Counted from the whole stretch's first letter, positions 38,302-51,879 are shown. The stretch is DNA of 58,876 bases, filler included, from Sphacelaria rigidula (GCA_964200075.2; 8 parts of 8 records of this genome joined end to end with filler, not necessarily neighbours in it); one strand, 5' to 3'. Notes: generated from the sequence alone by a model not told the origin. Program-made: numbers and translations.

Positions 38302-41300
38302 CTTGTAGACCTCGCCGAGCATGCCCGCCTTGGCCCTGGCTAGGTCGTCCGGGGAGGCTTTGCTCTCCACCATTGCCCGCAACTTCAACGCGTATTCTCG
38401 AAGCTTGGAGGTCAGGAAGCGGTTAACCCTGCCGCGCGATCATGCGTTTGCCGTACAGGTCCCGCGAGGGAGTTATAATACTTGCCGTAACACATTCGCT
38501 GCTGCTTTGAAGTCACTCGAGCTGTTACAGACACAACCAAATGCACGGGACCAAAAATCATACGGAGTATGTATTTGTTGCAGTATTTCCAATCATTAGC
38601 ATTTGTAGGTCTTGGAACCAAGACTGTGCTTTCGTTATCGATCGAGATGGGAAACATATATATATATATATATCAAGAACGAAGAAAATTCTCCAGCGTG
38701 TGACCTTCCTCCCGAGTGATCCCAGCTGACGCCCTCACAAGACACCGAAAGGTGTAGACTGGCGTCCGGAATAGATAAGATTACAACATAACACACACAG
38801 ACACGTGCCCGATACACAGAAAGGAGACAAGACCAAAAAACAGCAGGGGAAGAATTATGAGACAAGAAACAGGCGAACAGGAAAATAGAAAAAGCGGGGA
38901 TGAAAGAAGGAAGACAAAACAAGGCAAGAGGAAAGAAAATAAATAAATAAATAAATAAATAAGAAGAAATAATAAAAAAATAAAAAAGGGCGGGGCGGGG
39001 AGGGGGGGGGGGGGGGGCACATGATAAGGCAAGAGCAGAATATACCGAGGCATAAGCGGCATGAGCTCGAATGGCCGCTTTACTCGACCAACTGACTGGC
39101 TTAGACTCATATGATTTTACCAGAGCGAGGCGGATGACGTCTTGCTCTCGGGGAAAGCGCTCTTCGGCACCACGCCGTACTTGCTGACCAGATTCGTCAC
39201 CATGTCCCACTGGCCTGACACAACAACAGGCGCACGACCAACACCATGGCGGCAGTGAGCTAGCTAGCAATAAAAGAACACGTGTAATATACGTAACCGA
39301 ATCTTGAGGAACAGAACAAATGAGCTGAAAGTGTGCGCCAAGACTAGAAACGCAGGTCTGGAGAGGCATCACGACTGCACACAAAAACACACAAATCAGG
39401 ACCGCTATGCCTGGGAGATGACTACGTGTGCAATATTTCGGAAATGTGGGGAAAATGACCAGCGACCCGGGGCAAAATACGAAATATCCCCACTCGAGGG
39501 AATACGCGCTTTGGAGGAGCGGGAGAAAAAATATATAAGCACCCAAATAAATCAACTGCATTGAAATACGACTCATCATCTGTTTGAGGTGACGAATCTT
39601 AAACATGATCCAAGAGGGTCTGCGCTTGGAATGGAGCAACGCTACGATAGCGGGGTACACTTTTTCCGCGAAATGTTGTCTACTTCAGGGGCTCCTAAAG
39701 ATTCTAGAAGCACAAGAATATGGGTCAGGGCATCTCCCCGTTTGCAAATTCATTCGGGATATCCCCAGCACATTGGAGTAGTAATCCTGGCGTACTTTTA
39801 CATATTTTCATGAGCGGTGGTTTGCATGAGATCAAGGGCTCCTAACAATTCCAACCTCTCAGAAAATATTTGTGCACCCCTACCGTAGCATCACTCAATG
39901 CCTCGCCGGTGATACCAAGCATGGAAAATATGTTGTCAAATACTGCACTGGGAGCTTGGTCGGCAGATGCACTTCTTAACAGCATAAGCTGCGGAACGCC
40001 AGCATCAACGGCCAGTCAGTTTCTGGTTCGAGTGCAGTAAACACAATCGTGGAACGGCTGTGCACGACCGGAGTACTGTACTGTAGTACTGCGAGGATTT
40101 GCATCGTTCCGTATATTTGTGGATCGCGTTCACAAAAAATTCTGCAGAGTAGGCGGCCTCGGGTACCGTAGGCGATGTAGAGGACCCCGACAACGCAGCG
40201 GAATAGCCACTCGGGGGTAAATACCGCCAAAGACCATGTACATGATACCGACGACCGCCACAGACAGCCTCTGTGATGAAGATGTTCAAAACACCGCCCG
40301 GGTATCACTTAGCAACTCCAAAAACAGGCAGGGGGCTTGTCGCGGGTTCTCTCGACACCGCTCTTGGCGTGACGTCTTTGCGTCAGTTCGTTCTGTGTTT
40401 GTTTGTTCCCTCTTTTTACATCTTCCCCGTCGTGTTTGAGCCACGCAAGAGGGTGCTTGAGCAGTGGGGTGCTTCCTCCTCAAACCTCAAGCTTGGGTGC
40501 ATCTATCTCGCCCCATTACATCTGCGTTTGATTTCGTAGGGGATTCGCTCATCGTTCATCTGACGCAATCGATCGACCTATGGATCAATCAACCAATGAA
40601 TCAATCACTTAAGGTTAGGGTTAGGGCTGGCTCGGGCGACAAATGACATGCCAAGTTGCTGGGAAATCCCGTCGTATGCATCGTATCCTCCGCATGACAC
40701 GTCCTCACCGCCGTCGGATATGGGCTCCTTCAGAAGATGCTGGACCAGGCGCCCGTCCAGCCGCTGGTTCGCCGTGAGCAGAACATTCTCCAGGAAATAG
40801 TTGCACTTCTCGAACTTATCCCAAAAAAATAAATAGCTCTGTGACTGTGTGTACGTGTGTGCGCGTATGTGTGTGTGTTTCCGGTGTTGGGAGGGAGGGG
40901 GAGGGGGGGGGGTGTTCAGGGCTGTTTTTCAAGCAACCACAAGAGAAGAAAAGAAAACGAAGACAAACGCAACCACAGGAGGAGCGGCTAGGGTAAAACA
41001 CGATGCAGAGGGCACATGGTTCCTTCTTTTTAGTACGAAGAAGCCGTTGGTCATGTATTGCTGTGTTAACTCTGCTTTTTTTCGAGTTTCTCACTGTAAA
41101 ATTAATAGACTTGTCGCGGCCAGGACAATCGAGTCCGTCGACCTCCGGACAACATCAACTCTCTGTCTGTCTCGTCCTCTCTTCCCATCGCCCCGACGAC
41201 GAGCAATGCTACAGTAGGGGTTGAGCATTTGGGCCCAGATCCTTCTCATTTAGGGGGCTCCTAACTTTGCGAGCTACACAATAAAATGGGTTAAGACATT

Positions 41301-41658
41301 TCCCGTTTTGAAACTCAGTCGGGATATCCTTAACCCCACTGAAATACTCAACATGGCGGTTTCTTACATATTTCATCAAGTTTTTTTTTTTAATTTATTA
41401 CGAGATAGAGCGCTCGTAACAATTCGAGCCTCGGAAAGTATTTTTGCACGCACCCCTACTGTAGTAACACCACTCCGACAGCAACAAACAACCAGAAGGA
41501 ATCAAGTACAGGACAACAGTACTGCAGTATGAAGCACTGCTCACCAGTTCGAAGTCATCCGCGAGATTAAATTTCTCCAAAATCCCGAGTCGCATAACGT
41601 TCAGCGCGGCGAAAATCCAGCACCGTCCGGTTTGCTTCTGGTCGGTAGCCTTGCACTC
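38302..41658 (-). CDS. BLMH: Bleomycin hydrolase / cysteine aminopeptidase C (peptidase C1B), internal exons 41658-41545, 40844-40709, 39214-39121, 38428-38302
   Basis: TDQKQTGRCWIFA (catalytic Gln/Cys), SQSYLFFWDKFEKCNYFL, DGGQWDM, KYGVVPKSAFPES, KLREYA; splice phases are consistent. Confidence 0.95.
38690..38805 (+). mobile_element. SINE 3' fragment
   Basis: ACCGAAAGGTGTAGACTGGCGTCCGGAATAGA followed by an AC-rich tail. Confidence 0.65.
39634..39896. mobile_element. Sola2-like MITE copy 2, TSD AATG
   Basis: GAG..CTC termini; closely similar to copy 1 along its length. Confidence 0.87.
41201..41475. mobile_element. Sola2-like MITE copy 3 (diverged subfamily), TSD CGAC
   Basis: GAGCAATGCTACAGTAGGGG../..CCCCTACTGTAGTAACACCACTC. 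Confidence 0.8.
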
Positions 41659-41672
41659 CTGCCGCAACGACG

Positions 41673-41677
<5 letters not shown>

Positions 41678-41714
<37 letters not shown>
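41678..41714 (+). repeat. (CA)n microsatellite near a BLMH splice acceptor
   Basis: Directly visible. Confidence 0.9.
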
Positions 41715-41715
<1 letters not shown>

Positions 41716-42039
41716 CGCACCAGACACGCGCACAAGGCCGTGCATTATCGCGGACAACAAAACAAGAGCAGGATTAGGAACCTTGACTTTATTTTTTCAT
41801 TCACATTTTGAACTCCTCCCCTTCCTCGGTACGTCTCCGTGGCCTGCTAGTCTCAAGGTATCAATTCATCTCACCTCTCCCCGGCACAAGCCTTGCGATG
41901 TGGTCTTGCGGATTGGATGGATCATGACAAAACACTCCCGCAATGGCGTCAACTTTCGTCAAACGAACTCAGTCAAAAGTACTTCGTTGTCTACTCTCAC
42001 GTACACCCGCTTTCGACCGTGGAAATCATATACTTCAAT

Positions 42040-42284
42040 GCCGTGGGTACGCAACATTCGACTTCATGGTCGACGAGGGAAAGGGACTGCTGAACCCCTC
42101 TCGCGATAAATAAAAAAAGGCAAGCACTGCAGAAGGAAGGTGGGGTACTAAAGACAAATAAAAAAGGGGTAAAACAAAAAACTCCTGTGTTGGCCTTCTT
42201 CCTCCTGTGTGACCCCGGCTTGTGCGCCAACCTACACCGAAAGGTGTAGACCGGCGTCCAGAATAGACGGGACGACAACACACT
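42040..42284 (+). mobile_element. SINE copy, 5'-truncated
   Basis: GAGGGAAAGGGACTGCTGAACCCCTCTCGCGAT..GGTGTAGACCGGCGTCCAGAATAGA..ACAACACAC. Confidence 0.8.
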
Positions 42285-42778
42285 TCGAAGAAGAAATCCA
42301 ACGCATCTGGCAGATATCAAACCCGCGTTCTCTCCACCATGACGGTGATAGTCGGAATTATTTTAATTTACACCACCGGGGCGCGGCGGCAATGTTTTCT
42401 CATATTTTGGACCGTGATTGCTCTTCCATTAGTGCTGAGTGAGTCCTAGCTATTCAGAGCACACCGATATTTCCCACATCGCTGTTTCTTGGGCTAGACG
42501 TAGGTCCGTACAACTCTGAATGTCTCGACAGAACTTCTCTGCACTCTGAACCTCCGAATCTTGGTAGCACGAGGACAGTGGCTGAAACACATCAAGCCAG
42601 CACAGCGGGGTCCAAACAGCTAGGGGCAGGCACCCGCTACCCAAGCGCGTTGTATCTCGTGTTAGCCTTTTGTTCACCATTCATACGGCGGTCCACGTCC
42701 CGAGGCAATCCAATGCAGTAGTGTAGGAGGCGCGGCCTTGTGCATGCCAGAGAAGTCGCCAAAATGTACAGTCGTTGG

Positions 42779-42877
42779 CCCCTAGACAGCGAGAGTAGGT
42801 GTCTGTTGAATCGGCAATAATTTCACCCGAAAAAAAAGTATGCATGATCCAGATGGACTACCCTCGCGGTCCAAGGG
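42779..42877. mobile_element. ~100-bp piggyBac-like MITE
   Basis: Reverse-complement homolog of 56115-56213; ends GTCCAAGGG|TTAA. Confidence 0.55.
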
Positions 42878-43469
42878 TTAACCCGATGTCAGTGTTTTTC
42901 GTTTGGAGGATCTGATGCAAACCATCATATTCGCCCTCAACCGAGGACGCCGTGCTGTACTCACCTGATCGACAGCTACGGGCAGAGCCATGCTCTCTTC
43001 AGTCGGGGTCTGTAATCTCTTGTCTAGGGTGTCGTGTGTTCCCCTTTGAGCATTTTTCTTCCGCCAACAGCCGGAACAACAAGCGTTTTAGAAAGCCCCA
43101 AAACACTCTTCGAAAATTAGAATCACGCAAATATAAAAAGTTAGGGTCGATCCTGCTTTCTTTTTCTTTTTCTTGGGGGGTGGGGTGGGGTGGGGGGGGA
43201 GGGTGGTATCGAAGTGACGAATCATATCAGCCTGACTTTTTCGCATCCTCATTGCTGTTTGTTCCGATAAAGCACAGCCTAAAACATGTGCACATGAACA
43301 CTCACAGACCGGAGGGGTGCTTACCGTGTGGTCGTGAGAATGGTTTACGGAGCGTTCTCGGAAATTGATGATTCTGAACTAAAGCTCCCTTTACTGGATT
43401 ATAGGGGCGCGTTCAGCTCTCGAGAAGCTGCAATTTTATCTTCCCTCTCCTCAACCTCCACACCCTCCT

Positions 43470-44050
43470 CCGTGAACCCGTGGCTGTCTCTGGAAGTGGC
43501 GACACCAGAAAATAAAGCAACTCATTGTTGGCTGTCATTCCTCTTTCAAGGATTGGTGTCGGTTGGCAACGGCGCTATAGAACACGCCACTTAACTAGGT
43601 AAGCTAGGCAAACGGGTTACCGGGGGGTTTTCGTCTCCGTTTTTTGTTTGCGGGAACCATGATGGTCGTCGAGCTAGATCATCTTGTACAGGGTGGGAGA
43701 ACCTCAACTCAGCGCAAATGGTATGGCCGTACTGCGTAGTGTTTTAATGGTGAGACACCCATGAGGCAGTGTGTCACCCGTGGCTGTCTCTGGAAGTGGC
43801 GATACCACAAAGCGAGGAGATTCATTGGAGGCTGTCATCCATATGCAAGATGATCAGTACGCTTCGGGTCGAACATTCCTAGCAGGATGCAGGTCACCAT
43901 TCGTGCGACTCGCCAAACACACCACGGCGCTTCGCGCTTGGTCATTGATTGCAAACCTGGTCCGGCGAAAACTCGACGTGCTCCGTTCGCGCTTTGTAGG
44001 GATGCGACGTCAATGGTTACATGACTACAGCATGCAAGATCATGAGTACC
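43470..44050 (+). repeat. Old interspersed repeat, uninterrupted copy
   Basis: Aligns with 37270-38000 minus the MITE. Confidence 0.75.
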
Positions 44051-44365
44051 CCCCCCCCCCCCCCCCCCCCCGCAGCCCGACACAGCACAGATGGCAGCAA
44101 CAGAGAAAATAATAGGATGCTCGAAAACGACGAGNNNNNNNNNNNNNNNNNNNNNNNNNNNNNNNNNNNNNNNNNNNNTTAATTAATTAANNNNNNNNNN
44201 NNNNNNNNNNNNNNNNNNNNNNNNNNNNNNNNNNGTGGTCCTTCCCGGAAGTCTACGCTTTCGCCCTCACTGCCCGGCTTGCTATGGCACCTATGTTCTT
44301 TATCGCACCCCTCCCCCCCCCATTATACCCCTCCTCGCACTTCTCTCGGCGCAATGTATGTCCAG

Positions 44366-47300
44366 GGGCTGGTTCGCGAAGAGGTGGCCACCTCGAGTAA
44401 AATCAGCGGGTATTCAATCGATGATGGTGCGGACGAGCTGTCCGAAGGCGAGCCATTTGAGGCACCCGGAGATGAACATTCTCCATCACCGACCCTGCCG
44501 CTTCATCAAGCGGGTGCGTTGTTTTCGTTCTTATTTTTCGACCAGCCCCTCGATGCTCCCCGAGTATTGTGGGGTGTATGTACACTTGAGACATGAAAGT
44601 GACAATCCGATTGATTCAGTTGCCGCCTGAGGTTACAGAAACAGAATGACCAGGTACGGACCCGCAAATAAGTGTTGGCCTGTTCGGTATTTGCGTGCGT
44701 GATGCTTGTCTTTCAACGCGATGTTTCGCCGCCTTTTACGTTGCGTCGTATGTATTGGTGCTTTGACGTTGTGTTGTAGATCAAAAATGAGGGAGAGAAG
44801 TAATCTTCCCGTCTGGTCTGACTGATCTGTGTATAAAGTTTTAGCTCACTACTTTTCATCATTTCGAGCCACTTGCGGGTGAACTCTCACCCGACGTACC
44901 GGAGCCCTTGTATCTTATCCTGCTGGGCGCGACCCACCTCGGTGCCGGACTTACTACATCCTCTCTTCTTGTCTTACATGTCGAACACACACACACACAC
45001 ACACACACAGCTTGATCTTGACCTTCTCTTGTATTTAACGAACGCATCATCACCAACAGCTGTGCCCTCTTTCGTCCCACAAACCCATGTGACCCACCTG
45101 GTATTCCCGTTCTTGTTTTCATCACCAGACATGGTGGATAATTTCGATTTGCTTTTGCGTAACCATGTCTTCTTCCAATCACCGCTGCCGCCGCAGCCGC
45201 AGCCGTCACCACCACTATTTCACGCCCCTCCCCCCTTTACAGGATGAGGGGTAGGCGCGAGAGAAATGAAACGAACCAAGGGGTCCGAATCGCAGTCTCG
45301 AGTGGGTAGAGGCTTGATGGGCGTCTCACGAAATGTCGTGCGGCAAGCTCATGATGGTCATGGTCGTGACGTACGCTTGTTACATCGTCGAAAGTTCAAA
45401 CAAGTACTGCTCCCTTTCCCCATTTTCATTTGTGAATGTTTCGACATTGTGTGATGCAGCCGACAGCGACGTGAGGGCGGCAGGAGGCGTGTGCTGTCTG
45501 TGCGGAGGCGCAAAGGAGAGTGGCGGGCTCGAACTGTGGGGTGCGGCGGAGATGGACCCTTGGGTGCTCGTTCCGCCGGAACTGAAGGCACTGCCCGACA
45601 AGCTCCTACCCCGTCTGTCCGACTTGCGACGCCGAAGGCAGCCCGGCGCCGCTGCTGTTGTCGACACTACGCCTGCCGAGGGTGCGTTGAGAATCGCTGA
45701 ATGATGTTGGCGGACTTTGAGGTTTCGTGTAGTTTTTTGGGGGGGCGCGGGGGCACAGGGGAGGTGATGCACAATAAATGAACCAAGGGGTGACGGGCAG
45801 GTGACGTGTTTATCCACATAATTTTTGCATCGCGTGTTCATGTTTTTTTTTGTACACCTGAACGATCAGGGGGTATATGATGCAATAGATGAAGAGAAAA
45901 GGGGAAAGTGTAGAGGGTTTTGCCTCTTGACTGGCATATTATAGTTCATCTGTTTAAACGCGTCCATGTTCTGCTTTGTGTGTGTTTCGTCGTACGCTCA
46001 ACATGACATCCTTTCGCGGCAGCCCGGGTTTCATGATCTGAGCGAGCTCATGAATCATTTCCACTGCCATTGATACGTGGCAAGCTGATGTAAAAGGTTC
46101 CACATCAAGGAGTCGCTGGGGTCGCTGAGGGGGCGGGGGGGCGTTGGATAGAGCTCGTGATGCTTCGTGTACCTGTCTTGAACGTTACAAAACGAGGCTT
46201 GCAGCGTGTCTACCACCCGCTAGTATCTGTGTGCGGGTTTTTTTGTCAGGGTAACGACTAGAAACATGTACTGTAGTACGATTCATCCGTTCCTTTTCTC
46301 TTGTTGCGAGCAGGAGCTAATATCCTGTCGTCACCGCTGGGAGCCACCTGGCTGCAGCGTCTCTATCGCTCTCAGAAGTCATCTTCCACCACCGCCGCCG
46401 CCGCCCGAGACAACCGCCGCCCTGTCGGATCTAGGAGCCGCTCGGGTTCCGGTAGCGATAGCGCGGAGGGTGACAGCGATTCCGAGGGGGATAGTGGGGA
46501 GAGCGAGACGGAGGCAAGTAAACAGGGCGACGAGGCGGAGAGCAGAACGGAGAAGACGGAGGTGGTTGACGGGCAAGCGGGGGTTCAGCTAGAGGGGAAC
46601 GATCCTTTCACCGCGCACATTGTGGCACACGCGGGGTGCACGAGGAAGCTGTGGCGGTCGCGGTATCTCGCTTTGCGGGAGGTGAGGTAGTGGTGTGCTC
46701 TGTGTTTAGTTTTCTAACGGTGGAGGGAGTGGTCATACAATACCAGCATGGTGGGGACGCGTTTTGGAGAGGGGGCGGGGGACGACGGTAGGATGTAGTG
46801 TGTGTGTTTGCATGTGTATATATATATGCGCGCGTGTTTCGTTGTTGTTACTTGGTTTCAAGACCCTCCCGAGTCAATTATTGCTGTGTAGCTGCAAGGC
46901 GGACATATGGAGGGAGGGCCGGGGGCAGTTTACCAAGAAATTACTGTGATCGCGTTTTCGCCGGTGGTTCATCCTTATCCCTGTGATGGTGGTGCTGTCT
47001 GTCAGTTTTACTGCTACTGCTTGTCATCCTTGAGTTCAAAGCTTCCTCCCCTCCTCCCATCCCCGCCGCGACACCCCTGTCGCTTGCTGAACTGGCAGGA
47101 ACGGCGACGCAGACGTCGAGAAGAGCGCCTCTTTGCCTTCCCGACTTTCGTCAACCCTGTCGAGCGTCGTGACTATACTCGGTACCAGCGGCAGACTCCT
47201 CAGGCTCCCTTCACTGCTCCTGCTCCTGCTCCTGCTCCAATTCCCCCACCCACACCCGCAGCCGCGCCCGCAGCCGCGTCCCCTCAATCGGTCTATCCCA

Positions 47301-48380
47301 ACACCGCCCCTCCGGCGGGACACGTGGCCGCGCAAGCACAGGTTCGAACAAACTACAGCAGAATTCAGAATCTTGTGTGATGGTACATCAGCGGTGGCGG
47401 TGGCGGCTTGTGCCGTGTACAGGGTTGGAGTGCTACATCGTAATGTGGTATTGGTGTCGAGCGTGCACGCAGAAAAGACGCCGTACTCTGCACCTGGAGA
47501 CGAAGATTGTGCTTGTGTGCGTGTGTGCTTGTTACGTGTGTCCCTCGGAGGGCAAATGGGGATGCGGGGCGGGCGGTTCCTCTTGTGCATTGATGTATAC
47601 TTCGCCGTATATTTTTGGGTATATGCCATGTGATATACGATGGTGCGGTGGGCAGGGGGAACGCGGAGAGGTGTTTCAACCTCACGAGAGTCTTGGGTGT
47701 GTTCATGGGATTCCTTGTGTTGACGGATTTTGCGCGAGCTGAATTGATCTTCCTGATGGGGTCTGAACCTTCGAGATGTGAAGCGATATTTCTCAGATGA
47801 ATGCGAACCTTGCACTTCAAAGTTTTATTAGTCGACAACTGTAGCCACAGAGCGCAAGCTCGAGGTGTCATCCAGAAGAAATGGCTGCTGAGGGTTGACT
47901 ATTTTCTCTTGGACCTGAAAAATGACGTGAAGGACCCTACCTCCAACCTTCCCGCACACGCTTTGTGCATGAGGTGTTGAGCAGGTATAGTAACATGGTC
48001 TTACGTGGAGATGCTGAGTCGTTCCTTCACCTTCCGTCTTCCCGCAGGTTCGAGCGCAAGCACAGGCTCAGGTACAGGCTCACGTGCAAGCGCAGATGCA
48101 CGCACAGGCGCAAATGCACGCACAGGCCCAGTTGCACGCACAGGCGCAAGTGCAGGTTCAAATACATGCCAAACTGCAGCAGCAGGCCCAGGCAGCGCAG
48201 CAGCAGGCTCAGCAGACACAGGCTCAGCAAGCACAGGCGCAGGCACAGGCTGCTGCGGCGGTGCAGGTGCAAGCCCAGATGCAAGCCCAAGCGCAAGCGC
48301 ACGCACACGCACAGGCTGCGGCGGCAGCGCAGATGCAAGCGGCCGCGAGAGCCGCTGCCCAGGCGGCATACTATCTACGT

Positions 48381-48420
<40 letters not shown>

Positions 48421-50359
48421 GCCAAGTGCTGGTGAACGCACAGCAAGGTGGACAAGTTTCTGGGCAAGGAGCGACGGCGCAAGTGACGCCGGCGGCTGTG
48501 GTCTCTCACGGACCCGTCGCCGCTGCTGCCGCCTCGCCCGCGGTGCCTCAACACCCTACGCCTACAGCAATATCGTCCGGCCCCGTCCCGCTCGTGGCGC
48601 CTGCATTGGCTGCCCCTGCGGCGGTGGAGGCAACTGCGGCTGTCTCCAACACAGCAACTCCCTCCGCTGTAGGCGCGCTTCCTGTGACTGCCTCTGGGAC
48701 AGAAATAACGGCGCAACCCACGGCTCCCGCCGCGACCTTGACCGTGGCGGCGCATGCCTCGGCGGCGGGGACCGCCGCGAGCACGACGCCGCTAGTGGCG
48801 GCGACACCGCCGTCAGGAGTCGCCGGAGCGGTTGCGTGTAATGCAGGTGGTGCTGGTGCTGGTGCTGGTGCTACCACAAATGGTACATCTGTGTCCATCG
48901 GGGGGGGCGTTGAGCGGGAACGGGATGTCGTTGGCGGAGCGATGGCGACTGCTGCTGCTCCTGCTGCTCTTGCTGCTACAGTTGAAGGGGTTGGAGAATC
49001 ATCGGAAGTGGTGGAGGTGGAAACTGATGTAGAGAGCGATGTCGACGAAGAGGAGCTTGGGAAGGAGATTCGGGTGAGTTTTCGTGTTGTGGAGAGGGGC
49101 ATTTTTGGTTATTGTGTGTGCGTGTTGAGTGGGCGAGGGGAGGGCGGGTAAGAGTCGGACTTCAGATATTGTTTGGGTTCGTTGCGTTTTATTGTTTTGT
49201 TTTTGTATGTTGCTGTTCATGCAAAGGATTTGATGGAGTACAGAGACGTGCTACCTGGTGGTTGATGTGCAGCTGTTTCGCGCGGTGGATTGTTTGTTTT
49301 GATGTGTGTTCTGGAGTTGGGTGTTTCGTGTTCCCTGCTGAAACCAGCTAGCTTCCGTAACAAAAAACTACTGCACGTACCGGCATGCAAGGACTCCAAA
49401 CATATTCACCAGAACTCCTGTCGCTTCGCTGATGAATTGGTCGAAGTTTATCACCCCCGCGTAGATGTGCCATGTTTACGAGCGTGGCCAAAATAAACGG
49501 ACATCACTTCCTGGCAGCTGCACCATTCTGGTTCCGTATAGTCATTTTTATTCGAAGTGCAGGTTGCATAGTGTTACTTCTTCACGAACCGATGCCAGGA
49601 CACAGTTACACCGCCACACACGTTCGTCGTCACCCGTAGCTTCCCGTTTCCTCGTACCACCGTTTTGGGCATTGTTCACTGATCCCCGCCCACTCCACCT
49701 GCCACTCCTCCTTCCATTTCTTCCCTGTATCCTCCTAACCTTGGGACAAATGATAACACACGCATGCGGATGAACTTCACCTTCGCATGTGGATGAGAAG
49801 AAAGGACACCAGCGGCGCGAGTACACACGTAATCGCCCCCTCGGCCGAGACCGGTATGGCAACGAGTACTGGCGATTCGGCGGGGACACGCGCCTCGTCC
49901 TGGTTCGACGACATGGCTGCTGGTGGGGGCTGTACGACGGGCCGGCGAAGGTATTTGCGTGTGCACGTTGTTTTGTGCGTGTTGCTTTTGACTTGATTGT
50001 GGTTTTAGTCGCTGGTGCGAAGGGAATCGGGCGGGGAACAGAATTGCGTACCGACATGGACAAGGCAGGTTGTTTGATGGTGGAATTTGCACCCGTAAAA
50101 AAGAGTGACCTTGAATTCGTTCGGGAACGACGTTACAACAGAGCAGTTGTCCGAGCCTGAATGTTCGTGTGTGACATGAGTGAGGATACCATGTTGTGTT
50201 GTGTTGGTTGCCTGTTTTTGTGTGCTTGACTGAAGCTGCAGTCTCACGTCCACCCGATTGTGGCGTTTTGTCTTGATATCATGCTATTCTACTCCAGATC
50301 CAGGAGTTGGTGAAGAGCTTGGATGTACAGCTGGACGGCGAGCGGCATCTTCGCAGCAG
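44366..50359 (+). CDS. WHIM2/WHIM3 (WSD)-domain chromatin protein (BAZ/ACF1-like ISWI partner), partial; exons 44366-44513, 45460-45681, 46314-46681, 47099-47341, 48048-49073, 49813-49950, 50298-50359
   Basis: Seven AG/GT exons join in compatible phases. [15 protein letters not shown] (WHIM2), [19 protein letters not shown] (WHIM3), VCCLC..HAGC, (QA)n and polyQ tracts. Confidence 0.82.
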
Positions 50360-51667
50360 GTACAAACTGGGCCAGCCTAGAAACGGGTTTGAGCTCTCAA
50401 AGCAATATCTCATCGGCACAGAGGAGTTGGGCCGTGATCTGCGTATGGTATTAAACGTCTCATCAAGGGGAAGGTGCCCATCTGCTCAGGAGTTGGGCCG
50501 ATATTCTCTCGTTGATTGAACCCCTTGTCTAGTAACTCATGTACCGCACGGAGATAGTGTCCACACGGAAATCGATATGAAACCCCGCACGATACACTCA
50601 GCGGATGGCGGCGATTTCAGGTGTGGAAATTCCCTGGAGCACGGGGAGACGATAGATACTCTCACCTTCACTTAAGTCATTATCTACCTCGAGATATGGC
50701 GCACGCAATGTTTCATACTTGAAGAAATGTATTACGAGCAGAAGCACTATTAATAGATGCCCTAAATCTGGATATCGGTGAGTTTTGAAGAGTTCTATGA
50801 ATTTTTGTAGGAAGAACCGCTAGTGCATAATAAAATGGACTGAAGCAACTTTTTGTCGTTTTTTCGGTATAGTTTATATTTTTTCGTCTTTTGAGGGGAG
50901 TGTTGAGGAGAATTGAACATTAGTTTTGGGCCTTCTATCAATTGTTTCAGAATTGTGATTTAAAACTTAGCATGGAGAACCACAAAGGTATGCTGAATAA
51001 AAAGTAAATGAGCCTTGTTTATTTTTTAGGGGGAGAGGTTCGGGCGTTTTTGTAAAAAAATACGGCCGTCACCATCCTTAAAAGTCCTAAACGAGTGAAA
51101 AAAATGAATATATACCAACCTCACCCACTCTTTTTGGTTCGTTATGCCCTAGCGAGGCTCCACACAAATTCCAGTACAGAAGCACCAAACGTGAGCCGGT
51201 AAGTGGTCTGCAAAATACTGTTCCGAATTTCTACCGACCCGGTTACTGCACGGCCCGTTTGCCGGCCAATATTCAGAGTTGGACCCCAAAAGTTGGTATG
51301 GAATAGGGCATGATGAAAAAATTCACACGTCGGACGAGTCATTACTCGTCGGAACGAGTGCACTCGTGGACGTTTTTTCAAAACACAACGAGCATGACTC
51401 GTGTTCTCGAGTCATTAATTTTTTTTACAACAAGCAATGCTGTGTGGCAAGGTGATGGGGACATTGTTATCATCCAAGGCCACAAGTGGCGGGCGGCCCG
51501 CCGGTNNNNNNNNNNNNNNNNNNNNNNNNNNNNNNNNNNNNNNNNNNNNTTAATTAATTAANNNNNNNNNNNNNNNNNNNNNNNNNNNNNNNNNNNNNNN
51601 NNNNNAATTTCAAGTGAAAAAAAGTATGCATGATCCAGAAAGACTAATCTCGCGGTCTTAAGGTTAA

Positions 51668-51879
51668 CGGTCGACGAAGGAAAGGGACTGCTGAACCCCT
51701 CTCGCGATAAAAAAACGAAAGGTAAGCACCGCAAAAAAAAGTGGAGTAGTAGAAAACAAATGAAAAAGAAAAAACTTCTGTGTTGAATTTCCTCCTGTGT
51801 GACCCCGACTGGTGCGCCCACATATATCGAAAAGTTTAGACCGGCGTCCAAAATACATTGGGCGACTACACACACACAG
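51668..51879 (+). mobile_element. SINE copy, 5'-truncated; next to a partial piggyBac-like MITE end (51606-51663)
   Basis: Same body and (AC)n tail as 42040-42284. Confidence 0.78.

Noticed and set aside
38635-39660. 341-aa hydrophobic ORF
   Set aside because: Read-through of a T-rich BLMH intron and a MITE end, out of frame with the real exon
42964-43010. Candidate upstream BLMH exon (TPTEESMALPVAVDQ)
   Set aside because: Has splice-like borders but no resemblance to the C1B N-terminus
47965-49102. Several long overlapping/antisense ORFs (also around 952-2197 and 19549-21470)
   Set aside because: Shadow frames of GC-rich, low-complexity exons
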